A stretch of DNA of 64,000 nucleotides from Fidelibacterota bacterium (lineage in GTDB: Bacteria > Fidelibacterota > UBA8477 > JABMPR01). The notes beneath the pieces were generated by a model, which ran no database searches, was not told the origin of the DNA, and saw only the letters and a program-made list of their open reading frames with translations. Positions 32,267 through 40,612 of this stretch are shown here, piece by piece. The stretch is taken from the NCBI GenBank assembly GCA_024278595.1, contig JAJRSW010000099.1, forward strand, positions 5,573 to 69,572, written 5' to 3'. A program made the translations under genes and the position numbers. Positions within the stretch are counted from its first letter, which is position 1; each line of letters begins with the position of its first letter.

Positions 32267-34387
32267 TTAAAAACCATAGGTGGCACTTAACCGCAGGGAA
32301 CGACCCGGTTCTGGATATCCACGGATACTTTCATACTGGAGATTTCCAATATTATCACCGGCTAACACCAGGGTGAATGCTCCAAGCTCACTGAACCAGG
32401 TCCGGGCCACACTGAGGGACCAGATCTCAGAAGCCCCAAGGATAGTATCCTCGGGATAATCGTACATACTGATCCGGTGAGAGACATAATTATACTGAAG
32501 ATTGAATTCCAGCTCATCTGGCGACCAGGTAAGGCCAAAGGCAGATGTCCGGTGAGGGGCATATCTTAGAGTTTTGTTCAGCGTATGATCCCTGGTATGG
32601 ATCAGGCTTAGATGGGCAAAGGCGGACAAGTGATACCCGGGATGGTGGATCTGCCACATGGCCTTGCTGCTTTCCCTGGTGGCTGATTGAACATTACCCG
32701 GTTGCCAATATGAGTGTACGGGCATCCATTGAATTAGATTGGTGCTCTCCTTTTTCTGCCACTGAAAAATAAGCTGACCCATGACCTGCAGGTCCAGATG
32801 AAGTTGAGCAGTGGTCACCTGCGTTTCTTCCGCTTTTAGGTCAGGATTACCCCCCGGTTCCCAAAACTGGTCATTAAAGCTGGGATATCTATACAACTCA
32901 CCTCTACTCACAGCAAGCCGGTTCAATGGTCCTAACTTAAAGGGAATCTGGAGCTGCAGGTTCGTGAGCATCTGTCCGTACAGCTCAGGGCTAAAATGAT
33001 AATTTAAAGCCGGGATCAGTTTCAGTCCCCTGGAAAACTGAAATATTGGGGCAATGGAGAGCACCAGGCTCACTCGGGAATGGTTGTTAGTGGCACTGCT
33101 GGCGATCAGATCCTGATTGAGGTTGAGATCGGTCAGAAGGACCAGTTTCTGGCCCACGGTTTGTTCGTTTCTTAATCCGAGATGGAAACTTTGCAGGCGG
33201 TGATCACTCTTCAGGTTCAAATACGGATTGACATAGGTCTCTCGGGAGCGTCGTAAGTTTAATTGCAAATGAGTATTACCGCTGGGTCGGATCCATCCAA
33301 AAGTTGAGCCCAGGAGCTGGAGTTGATCCTCCCGGTGGGAGATGGTATCCGGGGACCACACCAGCCCGGCAACACCGCGAGCCTGATGGGAGCTCATGGT
33401 TGTAAACTGCCAATACAGATCAGGACGCAGCATCCCCATGAACCTGAGTGCAACAAACTTCTGGGTCAGGTCATTGTTCTTTCTAAAACTTTCCGTATCA
33501 CTCCAAACCACCGGGTAATTGCCTGCTTCACGACGTTGTCCAAACTGAAGCGAGCTTCGGAATCCAGCGATCTGTTTTCTAAGGTTTACATCGTAGGCCA
33601 GATGACCGAAACTTCCGGTACTGAACGATAGATGGTTCGGCTGATCGCCTGTTTCCAGTTTTACGATCCCATCACTGCTGCCACTGCCAGTTTGAGCAAT
33701 GTCATAGGGGCTGTAATTCATGGCTTCCAGAAAGGGCAGGGGCAATTGAGAGATATCGGCTTCACCGTTCTGAGCCGAGGTGATATCGATGCCGTTTACC
33801 AGGACCCTGGTGTGGGAGCTGGGGCCACCATCCATGCTCAAGGTGCTGATACCCGCTGGTCCACCATAGGTCTTGATGGTAATACCAGGTATTCTATTTA
33901 ACGTTTTACTATGGTCCACTGTCCCAGCACCCCTGGTTTTGGTATATTCACTAAGTGGTGACGCGGCTGCGGAGGTTCCGGATAGGCTTTTTCCAATCAC
34001 TTCAACGGATTCCAGTGACATGACCAGGGGACTGAGTCTGACCTCTCCCAGTTGGAGCAGTTCGTCCGATGATAGAATTCTTTGCACATAACCAATCCGC
34101 TGAACCATGACCGAGTCATGTGGACTTATGGGGGCCGTGTAGCTGTATTGTCCATGCTCATCTGAGAGCAGGAATATTGCTGAATGCTTGAACACCAGGG
34201 ATACATAGGGGACAGATCGACCTTCCAGGTCAAGGGTGTATCCCTGAATGATGAAATTTCTATGCGGTTTATTAGGTGTAGCATGACCAGTGGAAAATGA
34301 GAATAGCAGAATGAGCAGGGCATAAAAAAAGCCCCGTCTCAAGGTGGGGCTGGCGTCTGAATGTTTCCTGGTTCTCAGGCTGATCAT
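32267..34387 (-). CDS. btuB: TonB-dependent receptor, probable cobalamin transporter
   Basis: Signal peptide, carboxypeptidase-regulatory-like N-domain, plug motifs (IPGITIKTYGG, HTRVLVNG), C-terminal GYPEPGRS...YGF; cobalamin riboswitch upstream. Confidence 0.8.
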   Translation of the reverse strand: MISLRTRKHSDASPTLRRGFFYALLILLFSFSTGHATPNKPHRNFIIQGYTLDLEGRSVPYVSLVFKHSAIFLLSDEHGQYSYTAPISPHDSVMVQRIGYVQRILSSDELLQLGEVRLSPLVMSLESVEVIGKSLSGTSAAASPLSEYTKTRGAGTVDHSKTLNRIPGITIKTYGGPAGISTLSMDGGPSSHTRVLVNGIDITSAQNGEADISQLPLPFLEAMNYSPYDIAQTGSGSSDGIVKLETGDQPNHLSFSTGSFGHLAYDVNLRKQIAGFRSSLQFGQRREAGNYPVVWSDTESFRKNNDLTQKFVALRFMGMLRPDLYWQFTTMSSHQARGVAGLVWSPDTISHREDQLQLLGSTFGWIRPSGNTHLQLNLRRSRETYVNPYLNLKSDHRLQSFHLGLRNEQTVGQKLVLLTDLNLNQDLIASSATNNHSRVSLVLSIAPIFQFSRGLKLIPALNYHFSPELYGQMLTNLQLQIPFKLGPLNRLAVSRGELYRYPSFNDQFWEPGGNPDLKAEETQVTTAQLHLDLQVMGQLIFQWQKKESTNLIQWMPVHSYWQPGNVQSATRESSKAMWQIHHPGYHLSAFAHLSLIHTRDHTLNKTLRYAPHRTSAFGLTWSPDELEFNLQYNYVSHRISMYDYPEDTILGASEIWSLSVARTWFSELGAFTLVLAGDNIGNLQYESIRGYPEPGRSLRLSATYGF
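34324..34351 (-). terminator. Intrinsic terminator inside the first ~21 codons of the btuB-like ORF
   Basis: Minus strand AGCCCC-ACCTTGAGAC-GGGGCT followed by a T run. Confidence 0.6.
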
Positions 34388-34393
34388 TCCGGT

Positions 34394-34563
34394 CCCTTTG
34401 CTCGCGAAGGTTCATGAAGAGTGAGTGCTTAGCATAAGTATCCTGACTTCCAGATCATCCTCCGTAGATGCCTTCCCTCATTATTGAAGTGGCAATTATC
34501 TACATCGTCCCTGGTTACAGTAGCGCGACTGTGCCCGATTTTCACGAGCTTCCTTGTGCTAAG
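34394..34563 (-). ncRNA. Cobalamin riboswitch (aptamer ~34428-34563, plus SD-proximal hairpin)
   Basis: Minus strand AGGAAG-CTCGTGAAAATCGGG-CACAGTCGCGCTACTGTAA...GCCAC...GGGAAGGC...AAGTCAGGATAC, then CCTTCGCGAGCAAAGG next to the start codon. Confidence 0.9.
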
Positions 34564-34706
34564 ATCTATTTACAAAAATCGCTGTTAGGTTATTCTGAAA
34601 TGAAGCGGTTGTCAATTCATTTGTTTGGGGTTTTATTGATTGCCAGTAAAAATGCAACCACGGATTACACAGATTTGTTTTTTGGTTTGGATGTTTGGGG
34701 TGTTTG

Positions 34707-34734
34707 GTAGAGACGCAATGCCTTGCGTCTCTAC
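34707..34734. repeat. GTAG-type REP palindrome
   Basis: GTAGAGACGCAA-TGCC-TTGCGTCTCTAC. Confidence 0.75.
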
Positions 34735-34767
34735 AGAATTGCCCCCAATTTGGAAAATCAGATAGAT

Positions 34768-35910
34768 TTAATACATCACAAATTTAGCAAACCGGCCATC
34801 CAGACCACCATTCATCAGTGGCTTTTTCCATTCCGGTCGTAGGCCAATGTTTTTTAAATATTTGCGTTCCCCAAAATAGATATAGGCTTCACTACCCGCA
34901 CATTTATGTTTGAGCCAGTCACCTAAATTCTGATAGAATTCTGAAAGATCCTGACCCCGTTTTAGTCTGATCCCATAGGGTGGGTTCATGATCAGGGTGA
35001 CACCCTCCGTATTGCCAATGTCCTGGTAATCTTTCCGATGGGTATAGATCCCAGCACCACCAGGCAGGTGTCCCAGATTGCGTTTAGCGACCCGCATGGC
35101 ACTGGGATCGATATCAGAAGCCTGGATCGGTACCTGCTCCAGCGACTGAAAATTATTATCCATACCTTTCCGGATTCGTTTCCACAGCGCTGGGTCATAA
35201 TCGGGTAAGCGTTCGAAACCGAATGATTTCCTGAAATATCCAGAAGAGAGCTTGGTAAGCTGCATATAGGCTTCGGCCGCCAGGGTACCCGACCCGCACA
35301 TGGGATCGATGAGGTTCTTTTCACCGGTCCAACCGGTAAACTGGATCAGGGCTGCTGCCAAAGTCTCCTGCATGGGTGCTTCAACCGTATCCAAACGGTA
35401 GCCCCGGCGGTGCAGGGAACTCCCGCTGGTGTCAATACTGATAACAGCGCGATTATTCTCGATGTGCAGGTTGAACCAGATATGGGGGAATTTAGGATCC
35501 ACATTGGGTCGCCGCCTGAGTTTGTCCTTAAAGCGATCAACAATGGCGTCTTTCAGTTTCAACGAGGCGTACTGCGAATGGGTGATCTGACTATTACTTA
35601 CCTGGGCAAAAATAGCAAAGGTTTGATCCGGGGAGAAGATCTCTTCCCAGGGGATATCCATGGCGGTCTTGTATAAATACTTTGCGCTGTGGCAATCGAA
35701 AGAAAGGAGAGGGGCCAGAACTCTGGTGAGCAGTCGTGATCCGTAGTTGATCCTGTATAAGGCTGCTTTATCAGCAGAAAAATAGAGCCCCCGATAGCGC
35801 TGTTTGATGCTGGTAGCACCCAGATCTTTTATTTCTGTAGCTGCGAGTTCTTCAAGACCATTAGCCACCTGGGCAAAAAAGTGTCCTGTTTTAAGATATT
35901 GAAATTCCAT
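34768..35910 (-). CDS. THUMP-domain RNA (guanine-N2) methyltransferase, RlmL-like
   Basis: GLEEL, LKDAIVD.F, SLHRRGYR, APMQETLAAA, DPMCGSGT, NPPYG.R; ATG at 35910 with GAGG SD preferred over 35946. Confidence 0.88.
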   Translation of the reverse strand: MEFQYLKTGHFFAQVANGLEELAATEIKDLGATSIKQRYRGLYFSADKAALYRINYGSRLLTRVLAPLLSFDCHSAKYLYKTAMDIPWEEIFSPDQTFAIFAQVSNSQITHSQYASLKLKDAIVDRFKDKLRRRPNVDPKFPHIWFNLHIENNRAVISIDTSGSSLHRRGYRLDTVEAPMQETLAAALIQFTGWTGEKNLIDPMCGSGTLAAEAYMQLTKLSSGYFRKSFGFERLPDYDPALWKRIRKGMDNNFQSLEQVPIQASDIDPSAMRVAKRNLGHLPGGAGIYTHRKDYQDIGNTEGVTLIMNPPYGIRLKRGQDLSEFYQNLGDWLKHKCAGSEAYIYFGERKYLKNIGLRPEWKKPLMNGGLDGRFAKFVMY

Positions 35911-36037
35911 TTTTGCCTCAAAAATTTGCCAGCCGCGGATTTTCATAGATAAACGCGGGATTTGTTAAATTTATAAAATTACCTATGATGATTGCATTTA
36001 AGTAACGGTGATTTGATGAAAAATACCAGAACACTTT

Positions 36038-36210
36038 TAGCCTGAATAATTCATAGCCACTCAGTCACGAAGACAAAGTTTAAAAAATATATGCTTAGCA
36101 ATAATTATCACTCACAGATGCAAATAATTCTGTTTAAAATGACCTTGTTCATAACTTTAATAATCTTCCTAGCTTAGTGTCGTGGCAATAATTCATGAAT
36201 GATGCGGTTA
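36038..36210 (+). mobile_element. MITE family A, copy 2
   Basis: Homologous to 55703..55882 with small deletions. Confidence 0.85.
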
Positions 36211-36348
36211 GAAAGGATCATTTTATCTTGCTTTTTAATACCACTTTCGCCCATCTCGACAGGTGGTTCCTGAGTTCAGTCGAGGGTCGCAAAGCAGTGC
36301 TCCGCAAATTTAGTGCGAGCACAATATTCTCGATGATAAGTGTTTGGT

Positions 36349-38181
36349 CTAGTCATTCAATCGTTTTTCTTTGCGCATTTGAGAGAGTCGCTTATTGGGA
36401 TCCAGTTCCATCTTGCGAATTCTGATATTCTCTGGGGTGATCTCCACCAATTCATTCTCAGAAATGAATTCAATGGCTTGATCAAGCGTAAGGACCTTTG
36501 GTTTGCGCAGGGTCACCGTGGCGTCAGCGTTGGCGCTGCGCATATTGGTGAGCTTCTTTTCGCGGGTAATGTTCACATCAAGATCACCCGGTCGATTACG
36601 TTCCCCAATGACCATGCCACCATAGACTGAGGTTCCCACTTCAATCTGCAGCTCTCCGCGATCTTCCATACTCAGGCTGGCATAAGCAGTCACTTTACCA
36701 GGACGATCAGACACCAGGGCACCTGTTTTACGTTGGGGGATGGCACCGAACCATGGTTCATAGCCTTCCATGATGGTATTCATCACACCGGCTCCTTTGG
36801 TGTCAGTCATAAAAGTTGAGCGAAAGCCGATGAGGCCGCGAGAAGGAATCCGAAATTCCAGATTGACCCGACCACTGCCATGGTTGATGATATTGACCAT
36901 CCGACCTTTTCGCGCTGACAGTTTCTCAGACATAACCCCCACAAATTCCTCAGGAATGTCCAGGTAGAGCATCTCAACCGGTTCGTTTACGGTTCCGTCG
37001 ATTTCCTTGGTGATGACGCGTGGCTTGGAGACCATGAATTCGTAGCCTTCGCGTCGCATGGTCTCGATGAGGATGGCCATCTGTAACTCACCGCGCCCCT
37101 TCACCTCAAAGGCATCAGCACGGCCGATTAGCTGCTGAATATGCAAAGCGACATTCAGACGCATTTCTTTTTCAAGACGAGCCAGGATATGGCGGGAGGT
37201 GAGATATTTTCCGTCCTGACCGGCGAAAGGGCTGGTGTTGACGTAAAAGATCATGGATACGGTGGGTTCATCGACTTCGATCCTGGGCAGAATCGCCGGA
37301 TTCTCGATCGAGGTTACCGTGTCGCCGATGGAAATAGAATCGATCCCGGCAAAGGCGATGATGTCACCGGCCTCTACTTCTTCAACCTGTTGGCGACGAA
37401 GACCATCAAAGGTATAGAGGGCCGAAAATTTCACATTAGGCGTGTGTTTATGCTCACCGGCCAGCAGATAATTCTTATTCATTTCCAAGGTACCATTGTT
37501 CAACCTGCCAATAGCGATCCGACCGACATAGGCGTCATAATCAAGGTTAGCGATGAGGAACTGGGGAACATGATCATCTTCTGCTTCCGGTCCGGGGATA
37601 TAGTCTAGTATGGCATCAAATAAGGGTCGCAGGTCGGTCGAATCATCATCTAATTCAAGGTGCGCCACACCCTCTTTTGCGATGGTATATAGAATGGGAA
37701 AATCGATTTGTTCTTCTTCCGCGTCCAGGTCAATAAAGAGATCATAAACTTCATTGATGACTTCGTCGATGCGTGAGTCGAGGCGGTCTATCTTGTTGAT
37801 AACCAGCATAATTTTGATATTCTTCTCAAGTGCTTTCTTAACTACGAAACGAGTCTGTGGCAGGGGACCCTCACTGGCATCGACCAGCAGAATTGCACCA
37901 TCGACCAGGCTAAGGCCACGTTCAACTTCACCGCCGAAATCGGCATGTCCCGGGGTATCGATGATATTGATCTTTACATTGTTGTAGGTGATGGCAGTAT
38001 TTTTGGCGCTAATGGTAATCCCACGTTCACGTTCCAGATCCATGCTGTCCATGACCCGGTCAGTCAATTCCTGATTTTCCCGGAAAATGCCACTTTGACG
38101 GAGCATCCAATCTACCAGGGTGGTCTTGCCATGATCAACGTGGGCGATGATGGCGATATTTCTAAAATTCTCTTTACGCAT
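36349..38181 (-). CDS. typA: Translational GTPase TypA/BipA
   Basis: [63 protein letters not shown]. Confidence 0.97.
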   Translation of the reverse strand: MRKENFRNIAIIAHVDHGKTTLVDWMLRQSGIFRENQELTDRVMDSMDLERERGITISAKNTAITYNNVKINIIDTPGHADFGGEVERGLSLVDGAILLVDASEGPLPQTRFVVKKALEKNIKIMLVINKIDRLDSRIDEVINEVYDLFIDLDAEEEQIDFPILYTIAKEGVAHLELDDDSTDLRPLFDAILDYIPGPEAEDDHVPQFLIANLDYDAYVGRIAIGRLNNGTLEMNKNYLLAGEHKHTPNVKFSALYTFDGLRRQQVEEVEAGDIIAFAGIDSISIGDTVTSIENPAILPRIEVDEPTVSMIFYVNTSPFAGQDGKYLTSRHILARLEKEMRLNVALHIQQLIGRADAFEVKGRGELQMAILIETMRREGYEFMVSKPRVITKEIDGTVNEPVEMLYLDIPEEFVGVMSEKLSARKGRMVNIINHGSGRVNLEFRIPSRGLIGFRSTFMTDTKGAGVMNTIMEGYEPWFGAIPQRKTGALVSDRPGKVTAYASLSMEDRGELQIEVGTSVYGGMVIGERNRPGDLDVNITREKKLTNMRSANADATVTLRKPKVLTLDQAIEFISENELVEITPENIRIRKMELDPNKRLSQMRKEKRLND

Positions 38182-38417
38182 TCAATTCCTTTCGGGAGGA
38201 TCCACCTGAGCGAAGCGCCACAAAAATAAGCAGTTAAAAAAGCGCGTGCAGGATGCGTTTGAAAGTGGCTGATTCCAATAAGAAAATAGGAGATCGAGGT
38301 GAAAGGGGAAAATGGCTGTCTTGTTGTTAACCGCGAGCAGTGTTAGTTATAAGTTGAGTTTTGGTTATTACCACTAAACCCCCTTAATAGTCCTATTGTG
38401 AAAGTAGGCTTTCAACT

Positions 38418-38596
38418 TAACCTGAATTATTCACCAGAAAAGGTACAATGAATTACAAGTATGTGATAATATTAAAGATGGATAATTTATTCTTGTTTGG
38501 ATGTTAGAATACTTATTTCCAGCACTAATCTTTCTATCTTTAATAATATCAGCGTATATCAGCGGCTAATTTAAGTGGTATGAATTAATGAGGTTA
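38418..38596. mobile_element. MITE with family-A-type termini but unrelated interior (~179 bp)
   Basis: TAACCTGAATTATTCA ... TGAATTAATGAGGTTA. Confidence 0.65.
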
Positions 38597-38701
38597 AATA
38601 GGTTCTTGCTCAGCAAGCCATTGGATTAGCAGAGAACCGTGCTAAATTCCTGCTTGTCTGAATGATAACGAAGTGTACTAATATCTGATGGGAGGTTCCA
38701 G

Positions 38702-39292
38702 ATGTCCGCAATGTACCTTGAGATGGTTAAGCTCTTATTTGTAGTTGGTGGCTTTATTGCCCTTTGCATGGGTGTCCTCCTGTTTGTTAGGCCAGAGATG
38801 GTCCAGGGGCTCAATCAGGCTGGTAATAAATGGTACTCCGCCAGGAAGAGTACCAAGCCGCTGGACATTGTTCGTGATACCAATTCATTTTACTTTAACA
38901 ACAATCAGCTCATCGGTACGATCATGCTGGTGGCTTCAATATTAGCATTTTATCTGATATATACTCGCATCCCCACGACTGATCAATACCTGGCAGTTGT
39001 GGGAAATGCCAGTTCAGCTATGGGGGTTGGAATCCTCCTGGAATCCCTACGATTGGTACTATTGGTCATTACTATCCTGGGCTTCCCGGTGTGGGGCTTA
39101 TTGATATTTAAACCAGAGACCTTGAAGTTGGTCAACACGTATCTTGATAAGTGGATCTCCACCAGATTACTACTACTCCCGCTGGAGCAGATGAATAGCA
39201 GTTTTGATGGGTATGTTGTGCGCAACAATCGCATCTTTGGAGGTTTCTTTATCCTTGGAGCAATCTTTATTCTGTTCAATTTTCTCAGGTGA
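38702..39292 (+). CDS. Hypothetical membrane protein with internal two-fold repeat
   Basis: 4 TM-like segments; RPE...LN...NKWYSAR..KPLD repeated as KPE...VN...DKWISTR...PLE. Confidence 0.7.
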   Translation: MSAMYLEMVKLLFVVGGFIALCMGVLLFVRPEMVQGLNQAGNKWYSARKSTKPLDIVRDTNSFYFNNNQLIGTIMLVASILAFYLIYTRIPTTDQYLAVVGNASSAMGVGILLESLRLVLLVITILGFPVWGLLIFKPETLKLVNTYLDKWISTRLLLLPLEQMNSSFDGYVVRNNRIFGGFFILGAIFILFNFLR

Positions 39293-39333
39293 TTTTAGTT
39301 CAAACTTTACCCGTTCATATCCGTCAGTAATTC

Positions 39334-40056
39334 ATGACTGCAAAAGCAAACAAGATCTATGCAGTATTTATTGGTCATCGTCCTGGCTTATATGTGAGTT
39401 GGAATGATGCCTCTGCTCAAGTACAGGGATTTAAGGGGGCTAAATATAAAAGTTTTACCCAGCGCGAAGCGGCTGTTCAGTGGTTAAGAGAATGCGTGTT
39501 GGCGGCCAGTGGTCCAGTAGATGAAAAGCTGATCACTCTGCTCAAATCAGCCAGTTCATCCATAACAACTGATCCAGCTGCAGCGGAATGGGGGAAGATC
39601 ATCATTCACACTGATGGGGGAGCCTCGCCGAACCCTGGAAAAGGGGGCTATGGGGTGGTGCTACAGCAGGGGCGACTACGAAAAGAATTGTCTGCCGGCT
39701 TTAATTTGACCACCAATAACCGCATGGAAATGTTGGCTGTGATCGTGGCTCTGGAAGCCTTGAAAGATCCATCGACAGTGGTGCTGCACACAGATTCAAA
39801 ATATGTGGTTGATTCGATCTCGAAGCGTTGGGTCTATGGGTGGCAAAAGCGGGGATGGAAAAAATCAGACGGAAAGCCCGCTGTTAACATTGATCTTTGG
39901 CAAAGGTTATTACCGCTGTTAAAAGAACATAAAGTCGAGTTCAAGTGGGTCAAAGGTCACGCTGGCAATGTGGAAAATGAGCGTTGTGATACTTTGGTCA
40001 GTGAAGCTAGGCAAGCATCAGACCTGCTACAGGATACTGGATATTCTGCGGGCTGA
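39334..40056 (+). CDS. rnhA: Ribonuclease HI with N-terminal hybrid-binding (viroplasmin-like) domain
   Basis: YAV..G..PGLY.SW...QV.GF.GA.YKSF; HTDG, TTNNRME, TDSKYV, WVKGHAG..ENERCD. Confidence 0.95.
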   Translation: MTAKANKIYAVFIGHRPGLYVSWNDASAQVQGFKGAKYKSFTQREAAVQWLRECVLAASGPVDEKLITLLKSASSSITTDPAAAEWGKIIIHTDGGASPNPGKGGYGVVLQQGRLRKELSAGFNLTTNNRMEMLAVIVALEALKDPSTVVLHTDSKYVVDSISKRWVYGWQKRGWKKSDGKPAVNIDLWQRLLPLLKEHKVEFKWVKGHAGNVENERCDTLVSEARQASDLLQDTGYSAG

Positions 40057-40178
40057 ATATTCCTGGTTAACATGATGTTCTTGTTGTTAATAGCTCCAGC
40101 CTCGAATTCTTCGGACAAATACTAATTGCAGTTCTAAAGTGGTTATTAAGTCCCAAATAATTATTATTATTCACAAAC

Positions 40179-40330
40179 TGGACGCCCCGCAGAAAGTCCC
40201 TCTCGCAGAGATCGCAGAGACGCAGAGTGTTGTTATTTATGAGTTTAGATGTGTATGCTGTATGTGATTGTATTTATACGACTTAGGGTATATTTAATGC
40301 TTTCGCAGCTACTTTTTGCGGGTTCGTCAA
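40179..40330 (+). mobile_element. MITE family B, copy 2 (no internal 24-bp unit)
   Basis: GACGCCCCGCAGAAAGTCCCTCTCGCAGAG ... CTTTTTGCGGGTTCGTCAA. Confidence 0.8.
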
Positions 40331-40421
40331 ACTTTGAATACGAAGCATGTTGTCGACGGGCAGGAAAACTGGAAAAGATGACGAAGTTACCGCCAGTCTG
40401 GAGCTGAAACTGGCATAAACC

Positions 40422-40477
40422 TAACCCGCATATTTCATGAGGAATAGATCGTGAACCCTCATGAAATATGAGAGCCA
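40422..40477. repeat. Short inverted-repeat element with family-A-like terminus
   Basis: TAACCCGCATATTTCATGAGG ... CCTCATGAAATATG; a similar single end occurs near 56009-56030. Confidence 0.5.
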
Positions 40478-40612
40478 GACGCCTAGTTCAGGAAAATCCC
40501 TATACTCAAGGCAATCGACAACAGTATATTGATCGCGATGCATGGATATTATCACTCACAATAATTTTCTGTGATCGGAAAGACGTTAACCACAAATGAT
40601 CTGGAGTTATTT

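Noticed and set aside
34468..34710. 80-aa plus-strand ORF
   Set aside because: Antisense to the cobalamin riboswitch and runs into repeats.
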